Source: an uncultured bacterium (GTDB taxonomy: Bacteria > Hydrogenedentota > Hydrogenedentia > Hydrogenedentales > JAEUWI01). Taken from it: 11,167 bases of DNA. This document shows, piece after piece, positions 1 through 6,804 of the stretch. Location of the stretch: contig CAXBPH010000230.1 of NCBI GenBank assembly GCA_963977445.1, positions 1 to 11,167 on the forward strand, in the 5' to 3' direction. Position numbers and translations under genes: made by a program. The notes beneath the pieces are model-generated. The model saw only the letters and a list, made by a program, of their open reading frames with translations, made no database searches and was not told the DNA's origin. Within the stretch, counting starts at the first letter, position 1. Each line of letters begins with the position of its first letter.

Positions 1-822
1 TGCTGTCGCGCCTTCGTCGAATACGTCGAGGGCCTCTATAGCCGATTGCACCGCCTCGGCCGCAAATTGGCGGGACGCGTCTAATCCCATCAATGCGGGA
101 TAGGTCGATTTATCCAGAGAGACATCGCTCCCCACCGGCTTGCCCAGGACCGCCTCGGTCCCAACAACGTCCAGTATATCATCCGTTATTTGAAATGCCA
201 GGCCCAGGTGCTCGCCGTAGGCCGTCAGCGCGTCTATTTCTGCGGACGATGCGTTGGCTGCCATAGCCCCCACACGGAGGGCAACGCGAATCAGGGCACC
301 CGTCTTCGCGCGATGAATACGCTGAAGTTCAGCCATGGCCAGCTTCTTGCCTTCCCCGTCGAGGTCGAACTGCTGCCCCCCCACCATGCCGGCTACACCA
401 GCGGCCCGTGCAATCTCCTGCACGATAGCGGTGGAGCCACATTCGGCGGCCATATCAAAGGCCATCGTGAGAAGCCCATCCCCCGCCAGGATGGCGGTAG
501 ACTCCCCAAAGGCCTTGTGGCAGGTAGGCTTCCCACGGCGCAAATCATCGTTGTCCATGGAAGGCAAATCGTCGTGAATCAACGAGTAGGTGTGAATCAT
601 TTCCAGGGCGCAGGCCACCGGCAAGGCGGCCGTGTCATCCCCGGAGACCAGTTCGGCGGCTCCCAGCGCCAGGGCGGGACGCAGTCGTTTCCCCCCGGCG
701 AAGAGGCTGTAGGCAATAGCCTCCTGCAGGGATTCGGGCACGTCGACCCAGGAATCCAGATAGTGATAGAGTGCCGCTTCGGTTTTTTCCGCCTTGGCAC
801 GGAGAAAATCAGGTGCCGACAT
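1..822 (-). CDS. ispA: Polyprenyl diphosphate synthase (farnesyl diphosphate synthase/geranyltranstransferase), 3' end runs off the window
   Basis: Manual translation from ATG at 822 (TGATG overlap with the xseB stop): [15 protein letters not shown]...GGKRLRP...EMIHTYSLIHDDLPSMDNDDLRRGKPTCHKAFGE...AILAGDGLL...GMVGGQ...KTGALI...GLAFQITDDILD...GKPVGSD..DKSTYP. Both Asp-rich motifs are present and the frame is open to position 1. Typical xseA-xseB-ispA synteny. Confidence 0.95.
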   Translation of the reverse strand, partial: MSAPDFLRAKAEKTEAALYHYLDSWVDVPESLQEAIAYSLFAGGKRLRPALALGAAELVSGDDTAALPVACALEMIHTYSLIHDDLPSMDNDDLRRGKPTCHKAFGESTAILAGDGLLTMAFDMAAECGSTAIVQEIARAAGVAGMVGGQQFDLDGEGKKLAMAELQRIHRAKTGALIRVALRVGAMAANASSAEIDALTAYGEHLGLAFQITDDILDVVGTEAVLGKPVGSDVSLDKSTYPALMGLDASRQFAAEAVQSAIEALDVFDEGATA

Positions 823-1244
823 CAGAAGAGTAAATCCTCGTCATCGGGTTCGGGCGTAGGCTCGGGCTCCGAAGGATTGGACGCAGCAGCACGAGGCGGG
901 GCCGGGGTGGACTTGGGTGCAGGCACTGCAGCCGCTTTGGGGGCCGGGGGCGCACTTGTTGTCTTCGCCGCAGGGGCCGCAACCGTTTTCGCCGGTGCGG
1001 CAGGTTCTTCGCTCTCGTCGAAGGGCTCGGCCACCAATTCACCCTCGGCATTCTGGGTAAGAATCTCTATCTTCTTCTCGGCGTCACTCAGTGCCTTTTC
1101 GCAGCGACGCGCCAGGGTGATACCCGACTCAAATTGCTTCAGGGCATCATCCAGCGAAAGGCCCCCTTCTTCCAGGGCCGAAACGATGGATTCCAGGGAA
1201 TCCAGATTCTTCTCAAAACTCTCTTCTTCTTTGGCTTTAGCCAT
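822..1244 (-). CDS. xseB: Exodeoxyribonuclease VII small subunit with ~60-aa Pro/Ala-rich C-terminal extension
   Basis: Residues 1-80 match the XseB pattern ([54 protein letters not shown]). The start overlaps the xseA end by 8 bp with GAGGA upstream, and the gene lies between xseA and ispA. Confidence 0.95.
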   Translation of the reverse strand: MAKAKEEESFEKNLDSLESIVSALEEGGLSLDDALKQFESGITLARRCEKALSDAEKKIEILTQNAEGELVAEPFDESEEPAAPAKTVAAPAAKTTSAPPAPKAAAVPAPKSTPAPPRAAASNPSEPEPTPEPDDEDLLF

Positions 1245-2589
1245 TTACCTGTTCCTCAATATGATTTACGGTCGCGCGGATCGCGCCCGCGCCCAATCGT
1301 ATGTAAACGTCGTCGTTTAACTGCACATCCGCACTGCTGCGGACAAGGGTATGTTCGGGCTCTTTCCACGTCACCGCGTAGCCACGGGATAGAATGGCGA
1401 GGGGACTCAAGGCATCCAGCTGGGCCACCAGGGGACGCAGGCGATTGCGATGATCGTCCGCCATATCCCGTCCGGCGATACGCAGCCGCTCCTGAAGTCG
1501 AATAAAGCGCTCCCGGGTACGGTCCAATTGATTCGCCGGTGACAAGAGGGTCAGGGATCGTGCTGCTCGGTCCAACCGGGTACGTGCATCGTGGAGTTGA
1601 TCCCCCATGCTGTCTTCGAGGCGCATACGCAGCTCGTCGCTGGTCTGACGACGCTGACGCACGAGTTCGTCGGGACGTTGCAACACATAGCTGCCCCGGG
1701 CAAGTTGAACCCGATGGCGAACTGCCGTCAATTGACGCTCCAGCCCCTGTCCCAGGCGCTTACGCAGCCGTTGCACCTGTTCACCCAGCGCGGTCTGCTC
1801 TTTCACCACCAACTCGGCGGCGGCCGATGGGGTCGGTGCCCGAAGGTCCGCTGCAAAATCGGAAAGGGAGAAGTCCACTTCGTGACCAACGGCCGAAATT
1901 ACGGGCGTACGGGCTTCGTAGATGGCGCGGACCACGACTTCCTCGTTAAAGGGCCACAGATCTTCGAGGGAACCGCCGCCACGTCCCACAATCATCACGT
2001 CGACGCCATAGGCATCCAGAGCGCGAATACCGGCGGCAATTTCGGGGGCCGCCCCATCGCCCTGAACCCGGGCGGGATGAATAATCACGTGGATTCCCCC
2101 ATAGCGGCGGGTCAACACGTTGAGAATATCGCGGATGGCGGCACCGGTGGGCGACGTCACCACGCCGATACGTTTGGGTAACATAGGGAGGGGCTGTTTG
2201 TGTAATTCGTCGAAAAGCCCCTCTGCCGCAAGCTTTTTCTTCAGTTTTTCGAAGGCCAGCTGCAGGGCACCCACGCCCTTGGGCTGCATGTCGCTGACAA
2301 TAATCTGATAGTTGCCCCGGCGCTCATAGACCGAGATTTGCCCCTGCGCCAGCACCTCCAACCCCGCCTCCGGCTCAAATTTCAGACGCGAGAGCTTCCC
2401 CTTGAACATGACCGCGTCAATCTGGCTGTCCTGATCTTTCAAGGTGAAATAGACGTGGCCCGATGCGGCCCGTTTCCAGTTGGAAATCTCCCCCGAAAGC
2501 CACACCACGCCCAAATCACCCTCCAAGAGGGACTTAATGCGGCGGGTCAGCTGGGTAATGGTCAGAATCTGGTCGGTGGGGTTGCTCAT
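1237..2589 (-). CDS. xseA: Exodeoxyribonuclease VII large subunit (~450 aa)
   Basis: Motifs [22 protein letters not shown] (OB fold), [74 protein letters not shown]. Start re-called to ATG 2589 ([15 protein letters not shown]) because the 58 upstream codons in the ORF track do not resemble XseA. Confidence 0.96.
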   Translation of the reverse strand: MSNPTDQILTITQLTRRIKSLLEGDLGVVWLSGEISNWKRAASGHVYFTLKDQDSQIDAVMFKGKLSRLKFEPEAGLEVLAQGQISVYERRGNYQIIVSDMQPKGVGALQLAFEKLKKKLAAEGLFDELHKQPLPMLPKRIGVVTSPTGAAIRDILNVLTRRYGGIHVIIHPARVQGDGAAPEIAAGIRALDAYGVDVMIVGRGGGSLEDLWPFNEEVVVRAIYEARTPVISAVGHEVDFSLSDFAADLRAPTPSAAAELVVKEQTALGEQVQRLRKRLGQGLERQLTAVRHRVQLARGSYVLQRPDELVRQRRQTSDELRMRLEDSMGDQLHDARTRLDRAARSLTLLSPANQLDRTRERFIRLQERLRIAGRDMADDHRNRLRPLVAQLDALSPLAILSRGYAVTWKEPEHTLVRSSADVQLNDDVYIRLGAGAIRATVNHIEEQVNG

Positions 2590-2597
2590 AGCGCACG

Positions 2598-2603
2598 ATT
2601 GTA
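2598..2603 (-). promoter_or_regulatory. Putative -10 element (TACAAT) 8 nt upstream of the xseA ATG
   Basis: Minus strand reads ...GCGC-TACAAT-CGTGCGCT-ATG. No Shine-Dalgarno and no convincing -35 are visible. Confidence 0.4.
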
Positions 2604-2666
2604 GCGCATTTGCGGGGCATGGTGCGACTGATTGTCTGGTAACCGCTTTGTACGCGCGGTGTTCCC

Positions 2667-2696
2667 TCAATACTTGTTGGAGCCATCCAGTATTGA
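2667..2696. repeat. 30-bp imperfect inverted repeat
   Basis: TCAATACT-tgt-TGG-ag-CCA-tcc-AGTATTGA: perfect 8-bp outer arms, with 14-bp arms carrying 2 mismatches overall. Confidence 0.6.
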
Positions 2697-2769
2697 ACTC
2701 ATGGCAGATGAGGATGTATTTAAGCGCGTACCCATTTACAATGCTTGGGTAGTCATTTCGCACTCAGCA

Positions 2770-3010
2770 ACCACGGGCTGAGCCGGTGGTAGGAGGAAGA
2801 CCCCTGAAAGGGCCCGATATCGCCGGCAAACAATTAACTCCGCGCGCTCCTGGTAGTCCACGAAGTGGACGACGGAACTTAGTCCGCCGGGGCACTTTCG
2901 TAATCCCACGCGTTGATAGATGTCCAAATCGCTCTGGCATACGCAGAAACGGTTGAGCCTGATGAATTATCACCGGCTGAGCCGGTGGATTAACTATGAT
3001 TTAGCCACCG
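2770..3010. repeat. Cluster of REP-like palindromes (possible decayed REPIN/MITE-like element)
   Basis: ACCACGGGCT-G-AGCCGGTGGT (2770-2790), CCCT-GAA-AGGG (2802-2812), GTCCAC-GAA-GTGGAC (2856-2870), a second copy CACCGGCT-G-AGCCGGTG (2971-2987), and a half-copy CCACCG at 3005-3010. Confidence 0.6.
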
Positions 3011-3117
3011 ACCGGAAGCGCGCGAAGATCTACGGCAGCCCGGACCACGGCCTCAAAATTAGACCAACACAGCGGCGACCGTCAGTAAACGTTATGATGT
3101 CGCGGTGTTTTTCATGA

Positions 3118-4317
3118 CTATTCTCCGTCTACTAAAATTCCGTTGACATCCTCGATAATCTCTTTACCGCCCGCCCCATCGCCATCGACCTTCAACAGAA
3201 ACGATTTCCAGAAGCCGCCAAAGCCACGCCGCTTCTGACCCACGATGATGTTTCCCCCGTCTGACGTTGGGGCGAAATCTAACAGGTACTCGATTGCGCC
3301 GGTGTCGTATTCCCGCTCCCCTGTGATATCTCCATTTTCGTCGAGTCGGGTCAATACAATGTTTCCACAACTTTGGAAATAGAAAGGACCCGGACCCTCT
3401 ACATTGCTACTGGAGCCAACAATAAAGCCACCGCCCGGCACCGCATGGAGTATGCCGCGCGCTGAGCCAAGTGCAGATTCATACGCTTTGACCCAGAGAA
3501 TTTCGCCGCGTGTATCGAAACGAACCAACATGCCATAATCTAGAATGGCACAGCCTCCATCATTCGTTGCAGCAAGACTTCCCCCGGATAATGTGCCTCT
3601 CGGCTGCACGATGTTCCATTCCTCGGTCCCATCTCCGGCCAAACGAAGTAAACGAAATGTGCTGATACCCACTGGCGAGGATTTAGAAGAGTCGCCCTGC
3701 TTCGCGTAGTCAAAGCCTTCTACAAGAAGGGTCACCCCACCGTCTTCTGTAGCCACAACGCCATGGGGATAGTTATCGTCGCTAAAGTCTAGAACGCGCG
3801 TCCAGATGGCAGTTCCGTTCTGGTCAAGTTTCACGACGCTGATATTTCCGACTGAATTCCCGTCTGGGTCCAAATACGTCGTCGCCACCGCATTTCCATC
3901 CGAGGTTGCGACGAGGTACTTAAGCCCTCCACTCCCTTCGAAGGTACGCGACCACAGGATTCCACCGCTCGAATTAAGGCGGGATACCTGGGTCACATAA
4001 TAACTCCCCCCCGCAACGAAAAGTCCGCCATCGACGTCCTCAGCAACAACACTCAGACCGGACAGAGCGGTAGACCAAACGTCTTCCCCTGCACTATCGA
4101 TCTTCGAAAGGCTCGTTCCGGTGCCAAACGAATCGTAGTTAACGTATAGATATCCCCCATCTGCGCTCTCGAGGATGGTATATCCGATACCTTGGTCGAA
4201 GTCTTTTACCCAGGTACCCCTGAGTGCGGTTCCCCCACATTCCTCGTTGCAGCCAGTGAATTGGAAAAGCGCTGCAAAGGCTATTGATGCCATGAAAATT
4301 TTGATGGTTGTATTCAT
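3118..4317 (-). CDS. Putative lipoprotein with seven beta-propeller-like repeats (399 aa), function unknown
   Basis: Start re-called to ATG 4317 (AAGGTGGGGTG upstream). Signal peptide with lipobox-like MNTTIKIFMASIAFAALFQFTG-C. Seven xxxDGG-type turns alternate with (K/R)(L/I)Dxx-G-xxxW motifs. Confidence 0.75.
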   Translation of the reverse strand: MNTTIKIFMASIAFAALFQFTGCNEECGGTALRGTWVKDFDQGIGYTILESADGGYLYVNYDSFGTGTSLSKIDSAGEDVWSTALSGLSVVAEDVDGGLFVAGGSYYVTQVSRLNSSGGILWSRTFEGSGGLKYLVATSDGNAVATTYLDPDGNSVGNISVVKLDQNGTAIWTRVLDFSDDNYPHGVVATEDGGVTLLVEGFDYAKQGDSSKSSPVGISTFRLLRLAGDGTEEWNIVQPRGTLSGGSLAATNDGGCAILDYGMLVRFDTRGEILWVKAYESALGSARGILHAVPGGGFIVGSSSNVEGPGPFYFQSCGNIVLTRLDENGDITGEREYDTGAIEYLLDFAPTSDGGNIIVGQKRRGFGGFWKSFLLKVDGDGAGGKEIIEDVNGILVDGE

Positions 4318-4334
4318 TTCAATCACCCCACCTT

Positions 4335-4348
4335 GCGACACGTGTCGC
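4335..4348. promoter_or_regulatory. Perfect 14-bp palindrome GCGACACGTGTCGC, candidate operator for the lipoprotein gene
   Basis: Exact self-complementary 14-mer immediately upstream of the ribosome-binding site, ending 17 bp before ATG 4317. Confidence 0.45.
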
Positions 4349-4572
4349 CATTGAAAATCCCTGCTACAAGACACACACCTAAGGCATCGCAGTGAAACAA
4401 TCCGTTTTAGAACTACTATATATTTCACAACCTATCACGTTGAATAGGCATAATAATAAACCCGTTTCTTGCTTCACGGCGCAAGCACTTTCTCGCACCG
4501 GTATCCGCAAATACGGACAACGCTTTCGACCTGTGAAAAAATGCCCCGCGCCAACACATGCCGTTGTACTCA

Positions 4573-4607
4573 ATTCACCTTGCACGAGTCGCAATTCACT
4601 ATTCGCT
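4573..4607. repeat. Degenerate heptamer tandem array overlapping the SGNH hydrolase stop codon
   Basis: 7-bp register: ATTCACC TTGCACG AGTCGCA ATTCACT ATTCGCT. It contains the same ATTCACT unit as the 5439-5484 array. Confidence 0.45.
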
Positions 4608-5318
4608 CGTGGGCGGCGCGGCCTCTACCGACTCCGCTTTCGGCGCCAACATAGTCGTTAATTGCGGCTTCACCAAATCCGTCCAGATCTGATAGCCTCC
4701 ATCGGTCATATGCAACCCGTCTTCAAGCAGCAAGTCCTTTTTGGGCTTCCCTTTGTCGTCGAGCATGGGGCCTTCGATTTCGATATACGTTTCCCGTTCA
4801 TCGGTCTCTATCGCCGCCTTGATGGAGTCGTTGGCCTTTTTCATTTCGGGATAGAGGTTCCAGCGCGCCAGACTGGGCTTAATGGGCACGTAGAGCAGCT
4901 TCGCCTCGGGAAAGGCTTCGTGCACCCGGGCCGCGAAGGCCTTGTAGTCGTCGAGGACCTGCTCTGCCGTCTTGCCGTGGGCCACGTCGTTATCCCCGGC
5001 ATAAAACACGATGGCCTTGGGCCCGTAGGGCACGACCAGACGGTCAAAATAGTAAAGGGAGTCGGCGATTTCGGAGCCGCCAAAGCCGCGGTTCAGCACA
5101 GGCATATCGGGAAACCACTTACCCAGATCCCACATGCGGATGCTGGAACTGCCAAGAAAAAGGATGCCCCCCGGCGCTACGGGATTTTCCGCGTCCTGCT
5201 TTTCGAAAGCCTGAATGGCTTCTTCCCACTTCAGGGAGGGCGATGGTTTTTCTTCATCGGCTAACGCCAATCCGGCGACTACTACAATTGCGGCAACGAA
5301 GCCCCACGTTTTCAACAT
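4599..5318 (-). CDS. Secreted SGNH/GDSL-family hydrolase (lipase/acylesterase-like)
   Basis: Signal peptide MLKTWGFVAAIVVVAGLALA; SGNH blocks FLGSSSI, NRGFGGS, YAGDND, DGLH; AGGAG at 5329-5333 upstream of the ATG. Confidence 0.9.
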   Translation of the reverse strand: MLKTWGFVAAIVVVAGLALADEEKPSPSLKWEEAIQAFEKQDAENPVAPGGILFLGSSSIRMWDLGKWFPDMPVLNRGFGGSEIADSLYYFDRLVVPYGPKAIVFYAGDNDVAHGKTAEQVLDDYKAFAARVHEAFPEAKLLYVPIKPSLARWNLYPEMKKANDSIKAAIETDERETYIEIEGPMLDDKGKPKKDLLLEDGLHMTDGGYQIWTDLVKPQLTTMLAPKAESVEAAPPTSE

Positions 5319-5367
5319 GTCTCACGTACTCCTGAAATTGATTTATCGAATAAAATTGGTGCGGTGC

Positions 5368-5376
5368 AGCATAGCA
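5368..5376 (-). promoter_or_regulatory. Putative extended -10 promoter (TGc-TATGCT) for the SGNH hydrolase
   Basis: Minus strand TGCTATGCT about 50 bp upstream of ATG 5318. An imperfect inverted repeat CCCG-TTTT..AAAA-T-CGGG (5383-5405) covers the -35 zone. Confidence 0.35.
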
Positions 5377-5438
5377 TGTGGACCCGTTTTATCGCGAAAA
5401 TCGGGACGGCCCCCTTGTTCACAACAAAACCATTAAAT

Positions 5439-5484
5439 ATTCACTATTCTAAATTCTAAATTCTAAATTCACTATTCACTATTC
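5439..5484. repeat. Heptamer tandem repeat array (ATTCACT / ATTCTAA)
   Basis: ATTCACT ATTCTAA ATTCTAA ATTCTAA ATTCACT ATTCACT ATTC: six full units plus a partial one, overlapping the TAG stop (5479-5481) of the adaptor gene. Confidence 0.9.
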
Positions 5485-6801
5485 CCCCTTCCCCACCACC
5501 CGCTGTCCCGCTTCGAGGTCGTTCTTGGGCTCAAGGATGATGGTTTCCTCGGTAGTCAGCCCATCGGTAATCTCGGCCCACGTATCGTTCTTGATGCCGA
5601 GCGTGACCGGACGCAACACGGCCGTTCCCCCCTCCACCACGAAGATATACCATGCGCCTTCCCGGCGAAATACGGAACGCTCTGGAACGGCCACGGTATT
5701 TTCTGATTTGTCGGTGATAATGCGCACGTCCAGCCGGGTACCGGCACGTAGCCCGAGCACCGAATTGTCGAAGGCGATGATGGTCTTCACGCGCTGCTGT
5801 TCGATACCCAGAGAGGAAATCTTCTGGAAGGCTGCGGGATAGATGCGGTCAACAACACCGGTAACATCCGTCACCCCCAGGGCCTTGCCCAGCAGTTCAA
5901 CTTCGTCGCCCACGGCTACCCGTACCACTTCTTCCGACAGCACGTCGCTCTCAATTTCCATGGTGCTCAGGTCACCCAGTTTCAAGATAGGCGTGCCCGC
6001 AGCAAGCACCCGGGTGTTGTCGACATATTTCTCCAGAATAGGCCCCGCGACGGGTGCCCGAATCACCGTCTTCTCGAGGTCGCTCCGCAACACCGCCAAT
6101 TGGGACTCCAGATTCTCGATTTCGGCCTCATAGACCCGTCGGAGATACTCGTTGTCGTCCATGGAATCCACGACGCGGCTGGAAGCAAGCTCGGATATCT
6201 CCAGGCCCTTTCGCGCCGCCGACACGGACAACTCCGTCCGTTCGACCTGCTGTTTGAGGCCCTTGTAGGCACGCTCCGCATCATCCATGGCCGACTGGCT
6301 CGCCACCCCCTCCTTTACGAGTTGACGGGCCCGCTCGAAGTCCCGCTGGGCCTGCTCAAAGTCAATGGTGGCTATCGTGTGCTCTTTCTCGGCGATACGC
6401 AGGGCATCACGCATTTCCCGGGCTCGCACCGCCGCCGAATCGATATCCTGGTCCTTGGGCTTGCCGCTGTCCACGCCACTGATTTGCGCACGACTCTGGC
6501 GAATCAGAAACTCCGTCCCACGAATCTGCTGCTCCAGATCGAAAGGATCAATGCGCGCCACCACATCGTTGGCCGCCACCACGTCGCCGACCTCGAGTAT
6601 AATGCGCTCCACGGTCCCGGACAGGGGCGTATCGATAATATATTCATCTTTCAGACGGGTCTTGGCTTCTTCCGCAATATAATCGGTTACCGTCCGCTGT
6701 TCGGCCGTGCCCAGTTCCACCATGGTGGCCTGGGGCCGCAGGGACAGAGCCACAATTATTATGAGGATAATCACCAGGATTCCCCAGACTACCCGTTTCA
6801 T
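5479..6801 (-). CDS. HlyD/MacA-family efflux periplasmic adaptor (membrane fusion protein)
   Basis: N-terminal membrane anchor, split lipoyl-like motifs (IDTPLSGTVERI..EVGDVV; IRAPVAGPIL), a long coiled coil, KISSLGIEQQRV, and a C-terminal AVPERSVFR...V.LG....AEITDGL. Starts 3 bp after the permease stop. Confidence 0.92.
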   Translation of the reverse strand: MKRVVWGILVIILIIIVALSLRPQATMVELGTAEQRTVTDYIAEEAKTRLKDEYIIDTPLSGTVERIILEVGDVVAANDVVARIDPFDLEQQIRGTEFLIRQSRAQISGVDSGKPKDQDIDSAAVRAREMRDALRIAEKEHTIATIDFEQAQRDFERARQLVKEGVASQSAMDDAERAYKGLKQQVERTELSVSAARKGLEISELASSRVVDSMDDNEYLRRVYEAEIENLESQLAVLRSDLEKTVIRAPVAGPILEKYVDNTRVLAAGTPILKLGDLSTMEIESDVLSEEVVRVAVGDEVELLGKALGVTDVTGVVDRIYPAAFQKISSLGIEQQRVKTIIAFDNSVLGLRAGTRLDVRIITDKSENTVAVPERSVFRREGAWYIFVVEGGTAVLRPVTLGIKNDTWAEITDGLTTEETIILEPKNDLEAGQRVVGKGE

Positions 6802-6804
6802 GAG

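Noticed and set aside
190..1320. 376-aa plus-strand ORF
   Set aside because: Antisense shadow of ispA and xseB. Its Gly/Ala-rich stretch simply mirrors the XseB Pro/Ala tail, and it has no recognisable motifs.
2590..2763. 58-codon N-terminal extension of XseA in the ORF track
   Set aside because: Not XseA-like and overlaps promoter-like and palindromic sequence. The family-typical N-terminus begins at ATG 2589.
2770..2990. Possible CRISPR array (repeated palindromic GGCTGAGCCGGTGG)
   Set aside because: Only two copies, 200 bp apart, with no regular repeat-spacer period and no cas genes.
2736..3117. Small ORFs of 63-69 aa in the xseA upstream region
   Set aside because: They run through the palindrome cluster and lack recognisable motifs. 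None resembles an HUH/Y1 transposase fragment.
4318..4428. 37-codon N-terminal extension of the lipoprotein ORF
   Set aside because: It would bury the signal peptide. The SD-like sequence and signal-peptide layout favour ATG 4317.
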